This document shows, piece after piece, positions 1-10,091 of a DNA stretch of 64,000 nucleotides. The DNA is taken from contig JALNLM010000003.1 of assembly GCA_023254095.1 (NCBI GenBank), positions 64,001 to 128,000 of the forward strand, written 5' to 3'. This DNA comes from Candidatus Geocrenenecus huangii (GTDB lineage Archaea > Thermoproteota > Nitrososphaeria_A > Caldarchaeales > Wolframiiraptoraceae). The position numbers were made by a program, and so were the translations under genes. The first letter of the stretch is position 1; every line of letters starts with the position of its first letter. A model generated the notes under the pieces. It was not told the origin of the DNA. It did not search any database and saw only the letters and a program-made list of their open reading frames with translations.

Positions 1-52
1 CAGATGTAACCACGTATTTTTCTCTAAATGTTAATCCTGGTGTAAGACTCAT
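1..52 (-). CDS. 5' end of a gene running off the window; possible FlK-like (hotdog-fold) thioesterase
   Basis: My translation from ATG at 52 gives MSLTPGLTFREKYVVTS, resembling FlK-type N-termini. Only 17 codons are visible. Confidence 0.35.
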   Translation of the reverse strand, partial: MSLTPGLTFREKYVVTS

Positions 53-167
53 AAAGATAAAATCAGGAAATCTTTTTATAACCTTTTTCCCAGCAAGAAT
101 CTTCGGATCCACCTAACCCTTGTTTCATCTATGATACTCCAATCATAAATTCTAGAAAAGATCATGG

Positions 168-1340
168 TTACGCTAAGAAGGCGTATATCAGTATGAGTAT
201 CAATGTTAAGATCGTGGCTGGGAAGATTAACCTATATGTTTTGGGGAGCTCTGTTTTGTAGTATTCTGCTGACATGACTAGGCATGCATGCGCAGGGCTG
301 AGCATTGCGCCTACATATCCTCCTGTAAAAGATAGAAGAAGTCTCTCAGAATTAAGTAATGGCAGTAGTGGTGGGAACGCCAAAGCAATATATGTGAATT
401 CTACGCCTGTCCCAATAACGATTAACAAGGGTATGAGGAAGACAGCTATTTCAGCATAGCCTGATAGGAGCTCCGCCAAGAAGTAAGCTACATTGCTCTT
501 CTCAATATACTTGCTGAATATGAATGAAAAGACGACTATTGTTATGAAGGTTAGATTTACTGAATATTTTAAACCATGAATCAGTTTATCTTTCCCAGGT
601 TTATAGACAGCTATTGATGTAGCCAGTGTTATGGCGACGGATATAGCGATATTTAGATTGAAGATTATGGATAAAACCGCTATCAGCACGAAAGGCCATG
701 CATGTATCATCTTCTTCAAATTACTCCTAGGAAGCTTCTCAATTTTCTTCCCATTCCTCTTTACGTGCCTATACCCAAAAACGATCCCCGAGACTAAAGC
801 CGCCAAAGTTATAGGCATGTTTAACATCATTATATGGCTTGAGGGAAGACCCAGTAGTCCGGAAGCCAGGATAACTCCTTGATATAGAGGCCAAGTAGTT
901 ATCCATAAATGTCTAAACCAATAATTTATGAAGGTTTTAACATCGCCTTTCAGCCCCATATTGTTGTATAATGGGTCAACTACTACAGCTGACACGTATG
1001 CTCCGCCAGGCATAGGAAGCAAGCCTATTACAGCCGGTGTAGAAAAAGCTGCAAATCTTGGACCGATTACTTCGAAGCTTTCAATAAGCATGTTTGAGGC
1101 CTTAACAGAATTGTATAGGTCTGCTAAGAACATAGAGAAAGTTAATGCGATTAATGTTTGAACCATCTGTAGATTGAATGCTTCCAGGGTGGCGTCAAGT
1201 ATGCTCGTTTCGAGAGACAATAAACCATATAAGATTGCTCCCAATGCTAATGCGAGACCTATGTTTACTCTTCTAAAAACCAAGATAACTACAAGCAATA
1301 TAGATATGACTAAAACGATCCATGGATCGGCTAACGCCAT
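168..1340 (-). CDS. DUF401 family integral membrane protein (putative transporter)
   Basis: 390 aa, many TM helices; motifs PAVIGLLPMPGGA, NYWFRH and SPAHACL. Confidence 0.8.
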   Translation of the reverse strand: MALADPWIVLVISILLVVILVFRRVNIGLALALGAILYGLLSLETSILDATLEAFNLQMVQTLIALTFSMFLADLYNSVKASNMLIESFEVIGPRFAAFSTPAVIGLLPMPGGAYVSAVVVDPLYNNMGLKGDVKTFINYWFRHLWITTWPLYQGVILASGLLGLPSSHIMMLNMPITLAALVSGIVFGYRHVKRNGKKIEKLPRSNLKKMIHAWPFVLIAVLSIIFNLNIAISVAITLATSIAVYKPGKDKLIHGLKYSVNLTFITIVVFSFIFSKYIEKSNVAYFLAELLSGYAEIAVFLIPLLIVIGTGVEFTYIALAFPPLLPLLNSERLLLSFTGGYVGAMLSPAHACLVMSAEYYKTELPKTYRLIFPATILTLILILIYAFLA

Positions 1341-1437
1341 CTAGGTCTGTAGAATTTTTCTAGAACTATTTAATAAATTAATTTGCAGATACTTTTCACG
1401 CAGAATTCTTTTAACATTTTTAATGCGAGCGCCGCGT

Positions 1438-2610
1438 TCAGATATCTTCAGAGAATACCCAGAGACCTCTATTGATGACTAAGTCTTCTAGGATCCTCCT
1501 CGCAAGTGTTTCATCTATGTTCAAGATTAGTGCGTTAAGATGTTTACAGAGGCTCCGCGAAGCCTTGAGCTTAGACCAATCAGCACAATCATGGATTATG
1601 ATACGTTTCTCTAAATCTATTATGACGTTGTAGTATTTCACTCTTGCTGATAGATATTGTTCGGTTGCTTCTCTAACTTCAATTAAGCTTTTCGATATTT
1701 CTTTAGCTCTCTTTAATCTCGTCTTGTCCGTCAGCATAGCCAGCAATCCTTCTATATTCTCTGGAAGATTCTCTGGAGGAGTGTAGAGTGTAATGTCTGT
1801 ACGCTGTATTTTTGCTTCTATAAGGTTCTTTTCTACTTCTTCTAGAATCTTTCTCTGCGTAGGCGTGATTATCCCCAAGATCTCTAGGACTTGAAGTGCA
1901 TTATGAACAGCGTAGCCCTTAAAGTGATTATTAAAGTATCCATACACTTTCTTAACCTTACCTTTTATCTCCATGATTCTCGTCTTCCACTCATACAATT
2001 CAGCTATATCATAGTGATAGTAGTACCACGGGTTTCTACCTCTCCCATGCCACCTGATATACGCAAAATCCGTTGTTACATATGTATTGGGTGGGAGAAG
2101 TGGTTCATCTACTATGGTATATGCTAATTCATATTTTGAGAGTAGATTCAGGACGCCCTCCCTCATCCACGAAGTATCTCTAAACTCTACAGCGTACCGG
2201 TATTCTCCAACTGTAAGCTCTAAGAACTGTTTAAATACGTCGTAGTGTTTTTCATAACTATAGCTTGGAGGAAGCTGAATAAGTAGGCTGGCCAACCTAC
2301 CGGCTTTAAGGAGAGGCTGCATCAACTCTAAAAACCTATCTAGGTCTTTCTCTACGCCTTTTGAAACATCAAGCTTCTTCTCATGAGTTATAATCGAGGG
2401 TAATTTTGCTGTAAACAGGAAGTCTTCAGGGGTGATGTTCAGCAATCCTTTAACTAGGCTTGGAGAAGGATATGTGTAGAAAGTTGAATCTATCTCAACC
2501 GTGCTGAAAACAGTAGAGTACTTTTTCAATTTATGTTCTCCCGTTTTGTAGAATATGTTCTCCCAATCCGTGTAGCTCCAGCCACTCGTCCCAATATAGA
2601 TCCTCGACAA
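1438..2610 (-). CDS. DUF72 (YecE-like TIM barrel) protein with C-terminal SWIM-type zinc finger
   Basis: IGTSGWSY, VEIDSTFY, QLPPS, AVEFR, YIRWHGR and YFNNH motifs; C-terminal HDC-x12-CKH. Confidence 0.85.
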   Translation of the reverse strand: MSRIYIGTSGWSYTDWENIFYKTGEHKLKKYSTVFSTVEIDSTFYTYPSPSLVKGLLNITPEDFLFTAKLPSIITHEKKLDVSKGVEKDLDRFLELMQPLLKAGRLASLLIQLPPSYSYEKHYDVFKQFLELTVGEYRYAVEFRDTSWMREGVLNLLSKYELAYTIVDEPLLPPNTYVTTDFAYIRWHGRGRNPWYYYHYDIAELYEWKTRIMEIKGKVKKVYGYFNNHFKGYAVHNALQVLEILGIITPTQRKILEEVEKNLIEAKIQRTDITLYTPPENLPENIEGLLAMLTDKTRLKRAKEISKSLIEVREATEQYLSARVKYYNVIIDLEKRIIIHDCADWSKLKASRSLCKHLNALILNIDETLARRILEDLVINRGLWVFSEDI

Positions 2611-2674
2611 CCTATGATAGAAATGTTGATAACTAGATTATGTAAGTTTCTACTCCATCTAGTCTGAATCATAT

Positions 2675-2690
2675 AGATGTAACTACATCT
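2675..2690. promoter_or_regulatory. Perfect inverted repeat AGATGTA-AC-TACATCT between the divergent DUF72 genes; candidate operator
   Basis: 7-bp arms with a 2-nt spacer, read directly from the sequence. Confidence 0.35.
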
Positions 2691-2778
2691 GCAATGCCAA
2701 TGTTATACTCTCTGATTATTCCATGGCCTAACATGTGAACTTCTTAAAATAAGGTTCACTACATGATATTAGTAGGAG

Positions 2779-3711
2779 ATGTCTTCAGGCCGCATAGTTG
2801 TTGGATGTGGTGGATGGAGCTACTTCAATTTACTGGATGAAGATCCATTGAGAGCATATTCCCTCGCATTCCGGTTCGTAGAGATCAATTCAACCTTCTA
2901 CACATTACCAGCCCACGAGGTCGTTAAATCGTGGAGAAAGCGTGTCCCCGCAGATTTCGAGTTTACAGTTAAAGCAAACAGGATAATCACACATTCAGAA
3001 GCATTAAGATCAACAGATAGAACACTGAAGACGCTGGAGAAAATGGTCGAGATATGTGAGGTCCTCAAATCTAGAGTATTGGTTCTTGAGACACCTAGGA
3101 ACTTGACGTTATCGTATATTCTCCCGAGTCTGAAAAATATCTTGACAAGAATTGATTTCGGAGATACGAGGCTAGCTCTAGAGCCTAGGTGTGGATGGTT
3201 TAGTGGAGAAGCATCTCTACTAATCGGTTTCCAAGAACTCGAGATAATACCAATAACTGATTACTCTATAGAAGAGCCACCGTACGATGATGAGGAAATA
3301 TCCTATAGTAGACTCTTCGGTCTAGGAGAACACAACATATACCAGTTTACAGACCAAGACCTAAAGAGAATAAGGGAAAGAGCTGAGAAGCGGAGATCCA
3401 AAAAGGTTTACCTTAGCTTCCATGGCATACAGATGTACATCGATGCAGCAAGAATGGAGAGATTCTTGAGCAAGAACGAGCTACCACCTGTTACGAGTAG
3501 CTATGGGGTAGATTCTCTAGCAGAAGTACTTAGGGATGCGAGATTCCCGATTAGTAAGGAAGACTTGGTAAAGAAGCATGGATGGAAGCTTATAGATATA
3601 GATTCGAGGACTCGGGCTCCAGCATCAATCATCCTTAAACAATTAAGGAAAGACAATTACAGAGATCTCGACGAAGTCTTAACCGAGCTTAGGAAGAGGT
3701 TTGAGAGATAA
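2779..3711 (+). CDS. DUF72 family protein with small C-terminal helical domain (DUF2795-like)
   Basis: VGCGGWSY, VEINSTFY and FTVKA motifs; C-terminal RFPISKEDLV...YRDLDEV. Confidence 0.8.
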   Translation: MSSGRIVVGCGGWSYFNLLDEDPLRAYSLAFRFVEINSTFYTLPAHEVVKSWRKRVPADFEFTVKANRIITHSEALRSTDRTLKTLEKMVEICEVLKSRVLVLETPRNLTLSYILPSLKNILTRIDFGDTRLALEPRCGWFSGEASLLIGFQELEIIPITDYSIEEPPYDDEEISYSRLFGLGEHNIYQFTDQDLKRIRERAEKRRSKKVYLSFHGIQMYIDAARMERFLSKNELPPVTSSYGVDSLAEVLRDARFPISKEDLVKKHGWKLIDIDSRTRAPASIILKQLRKDNYRDLDEVLTELRKRFER

Positions 3712-3895
3712 AGCTCATCAAATTTCTTTGGATAATTTTTCCAATATTTTTAGCAAACTTCATCGTAACACGCTTCGATGAAAACCCGGATACTGCATGG
3801 AGCTACCTGTATCATTTCTTATCATGATCAGCTAGAATAGCTGTATAAAGTAGACTTTTCAGAAAATTTATTATATTTATCGTCAACATATTATC

Positions 3896-4585
3896 TTGAA
3901 GCATATGGAGGCTCAGGTAGAGAAAGGAGAGGTCAGGTCAGGACTTACCATAGCTGGAGCTTATGCCTACAAGTTGAGAAAATCTCTATTCGCTCAATTC
4001 GCCAATAAAGTCAAGGCTGGAGAATTTAGTAAAGAAGATGTTGCTAGAGCTTCAAGAGAGCTGAATACTTTTCTCTACCATATTCTCGTCGAGAGACTGA
4101 AGCTGGACAAATTAGATGTAGTTAGGATAAATGTAGGATATGAAGTTCATGGGAGAGAGCTGAGATGGGATTACGATAATTTGAGAATAGAAGCGTACAA
4201 GAAGATACCTAAAGAGAAAATAGACGAAGCAATAATCGAGGCAGTAAGGCATATGAAAGAAATTATAGAAGGTAGATACATTGTAGAAGAAGTTGGTAAA
4301 TCCATTACAGGAGACAGCCTATACAAGATTAGGCTAGGGGACTTAAATGTGGGTATGCTAGAAGCCATCAGATTGAATGATGAAATACTTCTAAAGGGAG
4401 CTCTCACATCCCCTGAGCCCCTCATAATAGAAAAAGTGAGGATAGAATTGTATGGGAGAGAGTTTTTAGAAGTATTATCAGAAAAGCTGAACGAGATTAT
4501 CAGCAAGGGTAGGAAGATCTCTAGAGAAGAGGCTGAAGAAACCATCAGAGCATTACTGAGCATCGTCAAAGTACATTCCAATTAA
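3896..4585 (+). CDS. DUF2258 / ThermoDBP-related single-stranded nucleic-acid-binding protein
   Basis: N-terminal SGLTIAGAYAYKLRKSLFAQ and KLDVVRI motifs typical of DUF2258; start may be ATG 3905. Confidence 0.75.
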   Translation: MKHMEAQVEKGEVRSGLTIAGAYAYKLRKSLFAQFANKVKAGEFSKEDVARASRELNTFLYHILVERLKLDKLDVVRINVGYEVHGRELRWDYDNLRIEAYKKIPKEKIDEAIIEAVRHMKEIIEGRYIVEEVGKSITGDSLYKIRLGDLNVGMLEAIRLNDEILLKGALTSPEPLIIEKVRIELYGREFLEVLSEKLNEIISKGRKISREEAEETIRALLSIVKVHSN

Positions 4586-4656
4586 TTGGCCACTATCCAG
4601 GTTCTTAGAGAGAATTGAAGCTTATCTGTAGTCGAGCATATTCATGTCTCTCCTCC

Positions 4657-5136
4657 CTACCTCAAGATGTATAGGTATATCTTGTGTCGTTTACCGGTTT
4701 CGATAGAATTTACTTCGTATATCTCAGCGGGAGTGAGACCAGGAATCCCATAATCATGGCTAACTATTCTCGTATCCTTCTTCATCTTAACGAATTTTGG
4801 ATAAAGCTTCTTAAGTACATCGGGTAAGAGGTACAATGTAACTACATCTGCATTCGTGAAGTCATAATTGTACAGGTCTCCTCTTATCACAGTTACTCTA
4901 TCTAAACCCATGCTGAGGATCTTCCTCCTAGTCAGTTCAACCAGTCTTGGATTCTTCTCGATGCCTATAGACCAACATTTGTATTTTCTAGAAGCAGACA
5001 ATAATATTCTACCATCGCCTGACCCGAGATCTACCAGTAACTCATCTGGGGCTGGGCTAGCTATATCTAACATCTTTTCAACTACATCTTTAGGAGATGG
5101 GACGAAGGGTATCAGCCTTCGCCCTACTCTCCCCAT
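4657..5136 (-). CDS. SAM-dependent protein lysine methyltransferase, archaeal aKMT/FAM173-like
   Basis: PFVPSP, DLGSGDGR, ADVVTLYL, RIVSH and IYLY motifs; start placed at ATG 5136 rather than 5244. Confidence 0.75.
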   Translation of the reverse strand: MGRVGRRLIPFVPSPKDVVEKMLDIASPAPDELLVDLGSGDGRILLSASRKYKCWSIGIEKNPRLVELTRRKILSMGLDRVTVIRGDLYNYDFTNADVVTLYLLPDVLKKLYPKFVKMKKDTRIVSHDYGIPGLTPAEIYEVNSIETGKRHKIYLYILR

Positions 5137-5236
5137 ACTCTCTACTTTTTTAAGAATAATCACGTAGATAAAAACATAAAATATCTTTAGAATTGTATTT
5201 ATAGATTGGGTGTTACGTATAAGGTAGCGGGGTAAA

Positions 5237-6193
5237 TTGTTCAAGTATCTTGAAGGATGCAGTAGAGTACTTGTTCTAGGAATTGGGGGAGGTGGAGATA
5301 TATTCGCTACAATACCTACTAGAAACCTCTTGAAGAAGATGGGTATAGAAGTTTACTTAGGATGCGTTGCCTGGGAAAGGTTTGTACTAGATCCTAAACC
5401 AGGTCCAAGACCCTTAGAGGAACTTGTAAATATTCAAGAACTATCGGAGACCGTGTGTATCGGAGGTCCTGATACAATCACGGAAGATGGTATAAAGCTT
5501 CAAGCTTCACATCTATCTGAAAGACTCGGCGAAAAAGTCGTCCTGGTCGATATTACGAAAGGTGTGAAGAGAGTGGCGGAGGGGCTTGATGAAGCACTCT
5601 CGAAACTTGGAGCTAGCCTAGTTATAGGGATAGATAGTGGAGGAGACGTACTTGCTAGAGGATCGGAGAAGAATCTTAGGTCGCCTCTCTGCGATTCAGT
5701 AATGCTTGCATCACTCCACTATATGAGGAATAGAAACTTTCTAGGAGTCTTCGCTTCTGGATGTGATGGAGAATTATCTATAGAAGAAGTACTAACATAC
5801 ATTTCAGAGATCGCTTCAACCGGAGGATACCTAGGAGCTTACGGGATGGCTAGAGAAGATGCAGAGATGCTTGAAGCACTAGTCAACGGCATGGTTAGCG
5901 AAGTAAGTAAGATTGCATTGCTATCTTTTAAAGGTTTCAGAGGGAGCGTAAGTATAAGAGATGGTCTCTTTAAAGCGGAGGCATCAATCGTCTCAACATT
6001 GACATTCTACCTTGATACCGAGAAAACATATAATCGTAGCCCTATCGCTAAGGCCGTCTCAAACTCGGAGAGTATTCCAGAAGCAAGCAAAGAGTTGAAC
6101 AAGATAGGTATCCGGACAGAACTCGACCTAGAGATAGAAGCATATCGTAGAAGAGCTCGATCGTATAGAGAATTGCTAGGGAGACAAATTTAA
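5237..6193 (+). CDS. DUF1152 family protein
   Basis: GIGGGGD, DSGGDVL, SPLCD and GCDGEL motifs. Confidence 0.8.
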   Translation: MFKYLEGCSRVLVLGIGGGGDIFATIPTRNLLKKMGIEVYLGCVAWERFVLDPKPGPRPLEELVNIQELSETVCIGGPDTITEDGIKLQASHLSERLGEKVVLVDITKGVKRVAEGLDEALSKLGASLVIGIDSGGDVLARGSEKNLRSPLCDSVMLASLHYMRNRNFLGVFASGCDGELSIEEVLTYISEIASTGGYLGAYGMAREDAEMLEALVNGMVSEVSKIALLSFKGFRGSVSIRDGLFKAEASIVSTLTFYLDTEKTYNRSPIAKAVSNSESIPEASKELNKIGIRTELDLEIEAYRRRARSYRELLGRQI

Positions 6194-6203
6194 AAACCGA
6201 TGA

Positions 6204-7097
6204 TTGTTATTCAACAACTTGGAATTGCGGTTCGTGAATGAAAGATTCAACAAGATAGTGGGGGTCTCGTTCGTAAGTATCGCTGCAGCCATATGGGGCT
6301 CGAACGGCGTAATAGTCAACTTCATCGAACTAGATCCGTTCCTCATCGCTTATTATAGAACGCTGCTTGCTACTCTTCTATTAATACCAACAGTCTTCCT
6401 GGTCAATAAAAGGGAATTCATTAAAGCCGTCAGAGAATGGAAGCTATTAATCTTTAATGGTTTCATGAACGCTCTAGGATGGGGGTTCTTGTTCTCCTCG
6501 ATGAAGCTTATACCTATTGCGGTATCAGTCTTACTGAATTATCTAGCACCCATCTTTGTAGCAATACTATCACCATTCTTCCTAAAAGAAAAAATCAAGA
6601 CCACTACAATCGTTTCTCTACCATTATCATTGTTAGGGGTCACGTTAATATTTAATGAGCAAATCAACTATGGAAGTGCTAGTATCCCAGGAATAATCTA
6701 TGGATTATTGTCAGGACTATTTTATGCGGTCTTCATCTTAATCTCTAAGAAGATCCGAAGAGAATATTCAAGCTATACTCTAGCATCGTACACCTACATG
6801 TTTACGCTGGTATTTCTAGCAATTATCGTTTCAGCGTCTTCTCAAACAATCAATGTTAAGGAAGAAGCCATCCCATTATTATTACTGATAGGCTTCGTCA
6901 ATACTGCCTTCGCTGTAACTATTTATTTTCATGGATTGGGACTTATAGAAGCCCAGAAAGCAGTAATCCTGACTTACTTTGAACCATTATGTGCAGCACT
7001 CTTCGGAGTCCTATTCCTAAACCAGACACTTTCCATACCATTAATTGTAGGAGGAATTCTCATAATACTATCGGGATACATCGTGGCAAGATACTGA
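6204..7097 (+). CDS. EamA/DMT family transporter
   Basis: 10 TM helices in two EamA repeats; IWGS, YLAPIF, EKI and YFEP motifs. Confidence 0.9.
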   Translation: MLFNNLELRFVNERFNKIVGVSFVSIAAAIWGSNGVIVNFIELDPFLIAYYRTLLATLLLIPTVFLVNKREFIKAVREWKLLIFNGFMNALGWGFLFSSMKLIPIAVSVLLNYLAPIFVAILSPFFLKEKIKTTTIVSLPLSLLGVTLIFNEQINYGSASIPGIIYGLLSGLFYAVFILISKKIRREYSSYTLASYTYMFTLVFLAIIVSASSQTINVKEEAIPLLLLIGFVNTAFAVTIYFHGLGLIEAQKAVILTYFEPLCAALFGVLFLNQTLSIPLIVGGILIILSGYIVARY

Positions 7098-7146
7098 CCA
7101 GAATACTCTTTTTAAATACATAAATCATTATTCAGAATAGTAGTCT

Positions 7147-8169
7147 GTGGGGGCATTATTCTTGAGCTTGGAAAATACAATCGCGAGAGATACCCAGATC
7201 AACGTGATACAATATAATGAGAACTTCTTTAAAGAAGAAGCATTGGAAGATTTAGAGGAGATAACGGTTCCTACTGATAGAAAGAAGGTTACGTGGATAA
7301 GAATCTGCGGATTATCAAGTAGGGAAAAGATAGCAAAGCTCGCCGAGAAGTTTAACATCCATCCGCTTACTCTAGAAGATATTCTAAATACTGTTCAGAG
7401 ACCCAAGATAGAGGAATTCTACAACTATACGTATATCGTCTTAAGAATTTTCAGGTTCGACTCATCTGAAAAAGAATTATTGTCCGAGCAGATGAGTATA
7501 ATTCTCGGAGAAGGTTTCATAATATCCATAGAGGAAAAAAGGAGTGAAGAGTTAGGGAAGATCTTAGACTGGATAAAATCTCACAGAGGTATAATCAGGA
7601 AGATGGGCCACGACTACCTACTCTACCTCCTCATTGATGAAGTAATCGATGGATACTTCATAGTATTAGAGAATATAGAAGATGAGATAGGAGAATTAGA
7701 TAGAGAACTTACTACTAACCCAACATCTTCAACACTTCAAGCAATCCATAGATTCAAGATTCAGCTTCTCCAGTTTAATAAGAATATGTGGCCTCTTAGA
7801 GAAGTTATCGGTACACTTGAACGAGTTGGGCACCAGTTCATTGATAGCCAGACTACACCATACTTTAGAGACTTGTACGATCACATGGTTAGAGTCATAG
7901 AAAATACGGAGACATTACAGGTAATACTGTCCGATATGCTTGACGTATATTTCTCCGCAGTAAGCAATAAGCTGAATGAGATAATGAAGGTGTTGACGAT
8001 GATCGCGACCATCTTCATGCCTCTAACATTCATAGCCGGAATATACGGTATGAATTTTAAGTATATGCCTGAGATAGAATGGGTTTGGGGGTATCCCGCA
8101 ACATTACTCGCCATGCTCACAATAGGATTATACATGATACTCTACTTTAGAAGAAAGAAATGGATATAG
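7147..8169 (+). CDS. corA: CorA magnesium/cobalt transporter
   Basis: HPLTLED, QRPKIE and YGMNF signature; two C-terminal TM helices. Confidence 0.95.
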   Translation: MGALFLSLENTIARDTQINVIQYNENFFKEEALEDLEEITVPTDRKKVTWIRICGLSSREKIAKLAEKFNIHPLTLEDILNTVQRPKIEEFYNYTYIVLRIFRFDSSEKELLSEQMSIILGEGFIISIEEKRSEELGKILDWIKSHRGIIRKMGHDYLLYLLIDEVIDGYFIVLENIEDEIGELDRELTTNPTSSTLQAIHRFKIQLLQFNKNMWPLREVIGTLERVGHQFIDSQTTPYFRDLYDHMVRVIENTETLQVILSDMLDVYFSAVSNKLNEIMKVLTMIATIFMPLTFIAGIYGMNFKYMPEIEWVWGYPATLLAMLTIGLYMILYFRRKKWI

Positions 8170-8319
8170 AAATGGCAAAATCTACAAAATCCAAGGCTCA
8201 CATTAACAGCATGCTCTTCAGTATAAGTGTGTAAGCTTAAATGTACTCAGCTTGAGCGATCTCCTACTAGATTAAAAGATAAAATAATCTACGAACAAGA
8301 TAAATAATGTCGAAAAGAA

Positions 8320-8979
8320 ATGAAGACGAGGATAATACTGCTTCTATTAATAACCTCAATTCTTCTCTATCTCTTGCTCTCTCAAAACTTTCCTACTAGT
8401 CTCTTCATACATGAAGATGAGATCTATCCTAGACCAGTTGTCGAAATCGATTTATATTGTAAGAAGGGAGTCGTCAAGATCATGACAGATGGGAGAATTG
8501 ATGGATGTCTTGATGGAAGAATTCTAGAGTTATCGATAAAACTGATTAATAATAGTAGTGAGGCAAGCTTGAGAGGGTATGATCTGTCAGCTGGATTGCT
8601 TCTGATAATAGAGGGAGGGAAAATCATTGAATACGATATTAGAGAATTCAATTACATTATCGGGATATCTGAAGAACTCGAGCTAACTACACCGATTAAC
8701 TCGAGAATGGTTGAAGCTTTCGCAGACTACATCCGTGGAGGAGAAGTCAAGCAGACCTATCTTAAGATTGAAGTCAACTCAGACGAGGATGTTGTGAAGA
8801 TATCTTTCAGAGGATGGATAGTCGATGAAGACAAGAAAATCTATAATCCCGTTATTAGAGAAGAGGAACACTATGTTGCAAGATATCCGATGGAAGAGTA
8901 TGAAGGAAACCCGCCTGATACGAGATGGGCTGGGAAAGAATTCTTGAAGTATAAAGTCTATACTGTGGAAATATCGTGA
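8320..8979 (+). CDS. Hypothetical secreted or membrane-anchored protein
   Basis: 219 aa with N-terminal hydrophobic signal/anchor; no family recognised. Confidence 0.6.
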   Translation: MKTRIILLLLITSILLYLLLSQNFPTSLFIHEDEIYPRPVVEIDLYCKKGVVKIMTDGRIDGCLDGRILELSIKLINNSSEASLRGYDLSAGLLLIIEGGKIIEYDIREFNYIIGISEELELTTPINSRMVEAFADYIRGGEVKQTYLKIEVNSDEDVVKISFRGWIVDEDKKIYNPVIREEEHYVARYPMEEYEGNPPDTRWAGKEFLKYKVYTVEIS

Positions 8980-8982
8980 AGC

Positions 8983-9888
8983 TTAGAATCGGAGATATTG
9001 TTTACATGATCTTTGCCTAATCTTAGTGAGGTGGCTTCCATCACATGTTGGAGAACTATGTAGTTCTGGGAAGCCTTCTCTACAAGTAGCGAAACTTAAC
9101 CCTATCTTAGCACATTCTTCTGCAACTTCTCTCATAATCTTAAACCTGGCATTTTTCGCAAGATACCATGACCTCCCAATTCTTTCTCCATCTACGAAGT
9201 ATAGCTTTCTTAATGATTCCTCCAGCTCAGGGAAGACGTGAATCATTCTTCTCCACCCATCAAATCTTGGTTTATAGGTACTGGACACAACATGTTTCAC
9301 ACCTGCATCTCTAGCTTCAGCCAACAATCTTCTAATATCATGATCATTTAACATGGGGATTATTGGGTCTAGTCTTAGTCCAGTATTCACACCTTCTTCA
9401 GACATCTTCGCCAAGGCTTGAATTCTCTTTGACGGTGGAGGGGCTGAAGGCTCTATCTTCCTAGCCAGAGAATCATCGAGTGTTGTAATACTTATAGTTA
9501 CAGCGGCTCCTACTTCTCTCAATAAATCTATATCTCTTAGGACTATATCGCTCTTAGTTACCACCAGCAATCTTATAGGATACTTGCAGAATTCCTCAAG
9601 GCATATTCTAGTAAGCTTGAGTTCTTTCTCTATTTGCGGATATGGGTCAGAACTGTTAGACATAGAAATGATAGAATTCTCTGGAAGTCTTACTAAATCC
9701 TTCTTGACCATTTCTATAAGCTTCTTCTTTGGTCTGCAATTGTGGAAATCTCTAATGTAGGATGATGCATAACAATACAAACATCCATGGCTGCATCCAG
9801 TATATGGGTCGAATGAGTACTTTATAGGACATGTACATAGGCTACTTCTCCAAGGATCGAATAACCTGATTAATTGAGTATTCCTCAA
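8983..9888 (-). CDS. Radical SAM protein, spore photoproduct lyase (SplB)-like family
   Basis: DPYTGCSHGCLYCY (CxxxCxxC), SDPYP, TKS, RDID, IEP and PIIP motifs. Confidence 0.85.
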   Translation of the reverse strand: MRNTQLIRLFDPWRSSLCTCPIKYSFDPYTGCSHGCLYCYASSYIRDFHNCRPKKKLIEMVKKDLVRLPENSIISMSNSSDPYPQIEKELKLTRICLEEFCKYPIRLLVVTKSDIVLRDIDLLREVGAAVTISITTLDDSLARKIEPSAPPPSKRIQALAKMSEEGVNTGLRLDPIIPMLNDHDIRRLLAEARDAGVKHVVSSTYKPRFDGWRRMIHVFPELEESLRKLYFVDGERIGRSWYLAKNARFKIMREVAEECAKIGLSFATCREGFPELHSSPTCDGSHLTKIRQRSCKQYLRF

Positions 9889-10091
9889 CGCCGATTATAA
9901 TCTTAACAAATTACTAAATTAACTTAACCATGTAAGTATTTGATGACCTATATAAATAAACATTATCGAACGAGAGCTATATTGTGAGACGTTTGTAACT
10001 TCTTCACAATAAACTTAATAGAGGCGCGTCTAAGGAGAGATTAATCTTAAATTTCATCCTTGTTTAATGCTTTTAGGGTCTAAGTGGGCCT

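Noticed and set aside
2677-4852. 17-nt identity ATGTAACTACATCTGCA at 2677-2693 and 4836-4852
   Set aside because: The second copy encodes the conserved ADVVT motif, the match does not extend, and no mobile-element features are present; treated as chance
5137-5244. N-terminal extension of the methyltransferase ORF
   Set aside because: It is AT-rich promoter-like sequence overlapping the divergent gene start; family similarity begins after ATG 5136
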